This document shows positions 61,159 to 64,000 of a stretch of 64,000 bases of DNA, piece by piece. The position numbers and the translations under genes are program-made. Origin of the DNA: an uncultured Acidimicrobiaceae bacterium (lineage in GTDB: Bacteria > Actinomycetota > Acidimicrobiia > Acidimicrobiales > RAAP-2); contig CAWCCQ010000005.1 of the NCBI GenBank assembly GCA_963794215.1, positions 19,008 to 83,007 of the forward strand. Reading direction: 5' to 3'. Below the pieces are notes generated by a model, which made no database searches, was not told where the DNA came from, and was given only the letters and a program-made list of their open reading frames with translations. How positions within the stretch are numbered: position 1 is the first letter of the stretch; the number at the start of each line of letters is the position of its first letter.

Positions 61159-62347
61159 GCGCCCTGCCAGCCTGGGCGGCGCACGCCTCCGCCAGCTCCG
61201 CCGCACTCGCGGCGGCATCGGGACGGCCGAGTGAGCGGGCGGCCGTCCCCATCGCGCGCAAGCGCTCGGGGTCGCCCAGCAACGTTTCGGTCAGCGAGCC
61301 CAGGCCTGGCCCGTCGCAGTCCTCATCGGCCAGCACCAACGCCGCGCCGGCTCTCACCAGCGCGTGGGCGTTGGCACCCTGGTGATCACCCGGAGCGCCA
61401 GGCAGCGGCACCAGCACCGCGGGCACGCCGGCGACGCACAGCTCGCCAACGGTCATGGCACCGGCCCGACCCACGAACAGATCCGCCGCCCGGTAGACGA
61501 GCCCCATCTGCGCCTCGAAGGGCACACCCTTGTAGAAAAGGGTGCCAGCGCGTCCGTCGGCCCACCGCGGTGCGGAGTCGGACATCTCAGCCCAATCGCG
61601 CCGACCAATCACGTGGTACACGGCCAGATCGCCCCGCCGGCGCCATCGTTCCGCGAGCTCCAGCACCGCCTCGTTGATCCTCCCTGCTCCGAGCGAGCCT
61701 CCGATCACCACAACGGTGCGGCGATCGGGTGGCACACCGAGGGCCACCTTGGCCTGGGCAGCACCGTCCGGGGAGCGGTCCAGCGCGACGAGCTCGGTCC
61801 GCACGGGGGGCCCGGTCAGCACGGCCCTTGGCAGCACAGTACCGGGGAACGCCACCGCACTGGCAGTCGCGAAACGGCCGAAGACCCGGTGCACGAGTCC
61901 GGGCACGGCGTCCACGTTCACGAGCACGAGGGGGATCCGCAGCACGACCGCCGCCACGTCAGCCGGAAAGCTGGCGTAGCCGCCGACCGAGACGACCACC
62001 TTGGGCCGCCAGCGCGCCAACAGGACCAACGCTCGGACGGTGCCCCACGCCAGCTCTCCAGCGGCGACGACGTTTTGGGCGAGAGCACGCGGGTCGCTCC
62101 GACGGCGGATACCCCGCCCCTCGAGCAACGTGAAGGGGAACGCCTCGTCTGGGGGGAGCTGTGCCATCACCGCGGCTTCGAGGCCCCGACGCGAACCGAG
62201 CAGCTCGATGGTGCTGGCCCGATGACCTCGGGCACGCAACGCGCCCGCCACCGCCAGGGCGGGGAAGACGTGGCCACCGGTGCCACCGCCCGCGACCACC
62301 GCGTACCTGCGGGACCGTGGACCGCCGTGCTCAGCTCGGCCGCTCAA
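61151..62347 (-). CDS. murG: undecaprenyldiphospho-muramoylpentapeptide beta-N-acetylglucosaminyltransferase
   Basis: VVAGGGTGGHVFPALAVA and the C-terminal GAMTVGELCVAGVPAVLVP. TTG 62347 overlaps the ftsW stop as TTGA. Confidence 0.92.
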   Translation of the reverse strand: MSGRAEHGGPRSRRYAVVAGGGTGGHVFPALAVAGALRARGHRASTIELLGSRRGLEAAVMAQLPPDEAFPFTLLEGRGIRRRSDPRALAQNVVAAGELAWGTVRALVLLARWRPKVVVSVGGYASFPADVAAVVLRIPLVLVNVDAVPGLVHRVFGRFATASAVAFPGTVLPRAVLTGPPVRTELVALDRSPDGAAQAKVALGVPPDRRTVVVIGGSLGAGRINEAVLELAERWRRRGDLAVYHVIGRRDWAEMSDSAPRWADGRAGTLFYKGVPFEAQMGLVYRAADLFVGRAGAMTVGELCVAGVPAVLVPLPGAPGDHQGANAHALVRAGAALVLADEDCDGPGLGSLTETLLGDPERLRAMGTAARSLGRPDAAASAAELAEACAAQAGRARE

Positions 62348-63696
62348 CGCCCGGCCACGGGGACCCGCCCGGCCGCGCGCTCGGCGACCGGCTGGCGCCT
62401 GGGTTGAGGGGGGTCGCGCCGCGGCCGCTCGTTGCGGGCGATGTTGACCAACACCCCGGCCGCCAGCATGGTGATCACGAGGGACGACCCGCCGAAGGAG
62501 ATGAAGGGCAGCGGGATGCCGGTGACCGGCAGCAGGCCGATCACGGCGCCCACGTTGATGACCGTCTCCGCGGTGATCCACGCGACGATGGCAACGGCGA
62601 GGAGGGCACCGAAGTGGTCCGGCGCTCTGGTGGCCGTCCGGAGCCCGAACCAGGCGAACCCCGCGAGCAGGCCCAGGACCAAGAGCGCACCGACCAGGCC
62701 GAGCTCTTCACCGATGACCGAAAAGATGAAGTCGGTGTGCGCGTTGGGTAGGTACCCCCACTTCTCGCGGCTCGAGCCGAGGCCGAGCCCGACGAGGTGA
62801 CCCGAGCCGAGCCCGATGAGGGACTGGACGACCTGGTAACCCGAGCTCGACGAGTGGGCGCTCGGGTCGAGGAACGACAGGATGCGGGCCCGTCGATACG
62901 GAGAGAACACGGCCACGAGCAGGGCGATGCCCACGAGCGTCCCGACCACCTTGGCCACTGGCTTGAGCGGAACCCCCGACACGAAGAGCAAGGCGAGGGC
63001 CATGCAGGCGAGAACCAGCGCCGTGCCCATGTCCGGCTGCAACAAGATCAACCCGGCAATCCCCGCGGTGACCAACAGGAGCGGACCGGTCATGGTCCGA
63101 GGAGCGCCACCACGTTCGGCCCGCCGGACGAGCAGGTCGGCGCCGAACAGGGCCAGCGCCAGCTTCGCCAGCTCGGAGGGTTGGAGGCGGAGTTGTCCGA
63201 AGCCGATCCACCGGCTCGAGCCCATGACATCGACACCCAGTCCGGGCACGAGGACGGCGACCAGCAGCGCGCCGGTGACCACGAGAAGCAGTGGGCTCAG
63301 CCGGCGCCATCGCCGGTAGTCGAAGCGGCAGGCGAACAGCATCGCCCCGACCCCGAGCGCCATCCAGATGAGCTCTCGCATCAAGATGGCCCACGGCGTC
63401 CCGTAGAGGCTCAGCGAGATGACGGTGGACGCTGACCCGACCATCACCGCGCCGAGCACGCACAGACAACCGGTCAGGATCAACAGCACGGTGGCGGTCG
63501 GCACTCGTCGCAGCGCCACCACCCAACGGGCCACCTCGCGCGGGCTGCGGTTGCGATGCGCAGCGGCAGAGCGAGGGCGGCGGACGTGACCAGCGGTAGT
63601 GGCCGGCGTGCTCATGGGCGCGCTCGGTCGGGACGTCTCGGGCGCGGTGCCCACTCGACGGCGCATCGAATCAGCCTCTCGCACCGGCGCCGGCAA
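62344..63696 (-). CDS. ftsW: FtsW/RodA/SpoVE-family peptidoglycan glycosyltransferase (FtsW by position)
   Basis: Polytopic membrane ORF with ...PSELAKL.. and GLLPVTGIPLPFISFGGSS. It lies between mraY and murG. Confidence 0.9.
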   Translation of the reverse strand: MPAPVREADSMRRRVGTAPETSRPSAPMSTPATTAGHVRRPRSAAAHRNRSPREVARWVVALRRVPTATVLLILTGCLCVLGAVMVGSASTVISLSLYGTPWAILMRELIWMALGVGAMLFACRFDYRRWRRLSPLLLVVTGALLVAVLVPGLGVDVMGSSRWIGFGQLRLQPSELAKLALALFGADLLVRRAERGGAPRTMTGPLLLVTAGIAGLILLQPDMGTALVLACMALALLFVSGVPLKPVAKVVGTLVGIALLVAVFSPYRRARILSFLDPSAHSSSSGYQVVQSLIGLGSGHLVGLGLGSSREKWGYLPNAHTDFIFSVIGEELGLVGALLVLGLLAGFAWFGLRTATRAPDHFGALLAVAIVAWITAETVINVGAVIGLLPVTGIPLPFISFGGSSLVITMLAAGVLVNIARNERPRRDPPQPRRQPVAERAAGRVPVAGR

Positions 63697-63709
63697 GTGG
63701 GGGAACCCC

Positions 63710-64000
63710 TCATCTGACCCTGGCCGCGATCAGGAACTCCCCATAGAAGAGTCCGAGCCCGAGCGCAGCGAACAATCCGGCGAGGATCCAGAACCGGACG
63801 ATGACCGTGGTCTCGGGCCACCCGAGGAGCTCGAAGTGGTGATGGATGGGCGCCATTCGGAAGATCCGGCGGTGGAAGATACGAAAGCTGGCGATCTGCA
63901 AGATGACCGACAGCGTCTCGAACACGAAGAGCGCACCGATGATGGGGAGCAACAGGTCGAGGTTGAGGAGAAGGCACAAGGCGGCCACGCCCGAACCAAT
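63710..64000 (-). CDS. mraY: phospho-N-acetylmuramoyl-pentapeptide transferase, C-terminal ~96 codons (gene continues beyond the right edge)
   Basis: ...[52 protein letters not shown]... is the conserved MraY C-terminus. The frame is open to the window end. Confidence 0.85.
   Translation of the reverse strand: MGSGVAALCLLLNLDLLLPIIGALFVFETLSVILQIASFRIFHRRIFRMAPIHHHFELLGWPETTVIVRFWILAGLFAALGLGLFYGEFLIAARVR

Overview
Very GC-rich, tightly packed window, transcribed almost entirely from the minus strand. It reads as conserved core chromosome of an actinobacterium. Hallmarks are mihF, sepF, divIVA/wag31, bpa, and a PyrR site occluding the pyrR ribosome-binding site. Any finer taxonomic guess is weak. 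I support about 67 protein genes in familiar blocks. (1) [hisG start]-ribH-ribBA-ribD-rpe-fmt-def-priA-metK-coaBC-rpoZ-gmk-mihF. (2) pyrF-pyrD-carB-carA-pyrC-pyrB-pyrR. (3) nusB-efp-(M24 peptidase remnant)-aroQ-aroB-aroK-aroC. (4) A less conserved stretch at 25.6-31 kb: A24 peptidase, Nfu-type Fe-S protein, MaoC dehydratase, a Cys-rich protein, two small ORFs, flavin reductase, lipoprotein. (5) tyrS, then menD/menH/menA/menB/menE. (6) SDR, a DUF255 thioredoxin-domain protein, two uncharacterised proteins, dnaE. (7) Cyclase-YHS fusion, bpa, alkaline-phosphatase-family protein, Rrf2 regulator, histidine phosphatase, a sigma-70 factor. (8) rluD-lspA-dksA-like-divIVA-yggT-sepF-yggS-ftsZ-ftsQ-murB-murC-murG-ftsW-mraY. 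Many junctions are 4-nt GTGA/ATGA/TTGA overlaps, implying long translationally coupled operons. I saw no rRNA or tRNA genes, CRISPR arrays, transposases, integrases, phage genes or recognisable defence or toxin modules. I did not find a convincing novel multi-gene system; this looks like an ordinary housekeeping region. Six observations seem worth a second look. (a) Ten core genes are interrupted by single-base frameshifts, mostly at short G/C runs, which most likely reflects assembly indel errors. (b) A 67-aa, translationally coupled relic of the aroQ-efp-linked Xaa-Pro peptidase. (c) Five perfect 27-bp in-frame repeats form a C-terminal tail on PyrB next to the pyrC start. (d) A class III cyclase domain is fused to a YHS/TRASH-like module. 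(e) Several perfect short tandem duplications lie in intergenic and coding DNA. (f) Gene-order gaps: no ribE, no murD, no pyrK at their usual positions. All calls rest on reading the supplied ORF translations and the DNA by eye; no searches were run.
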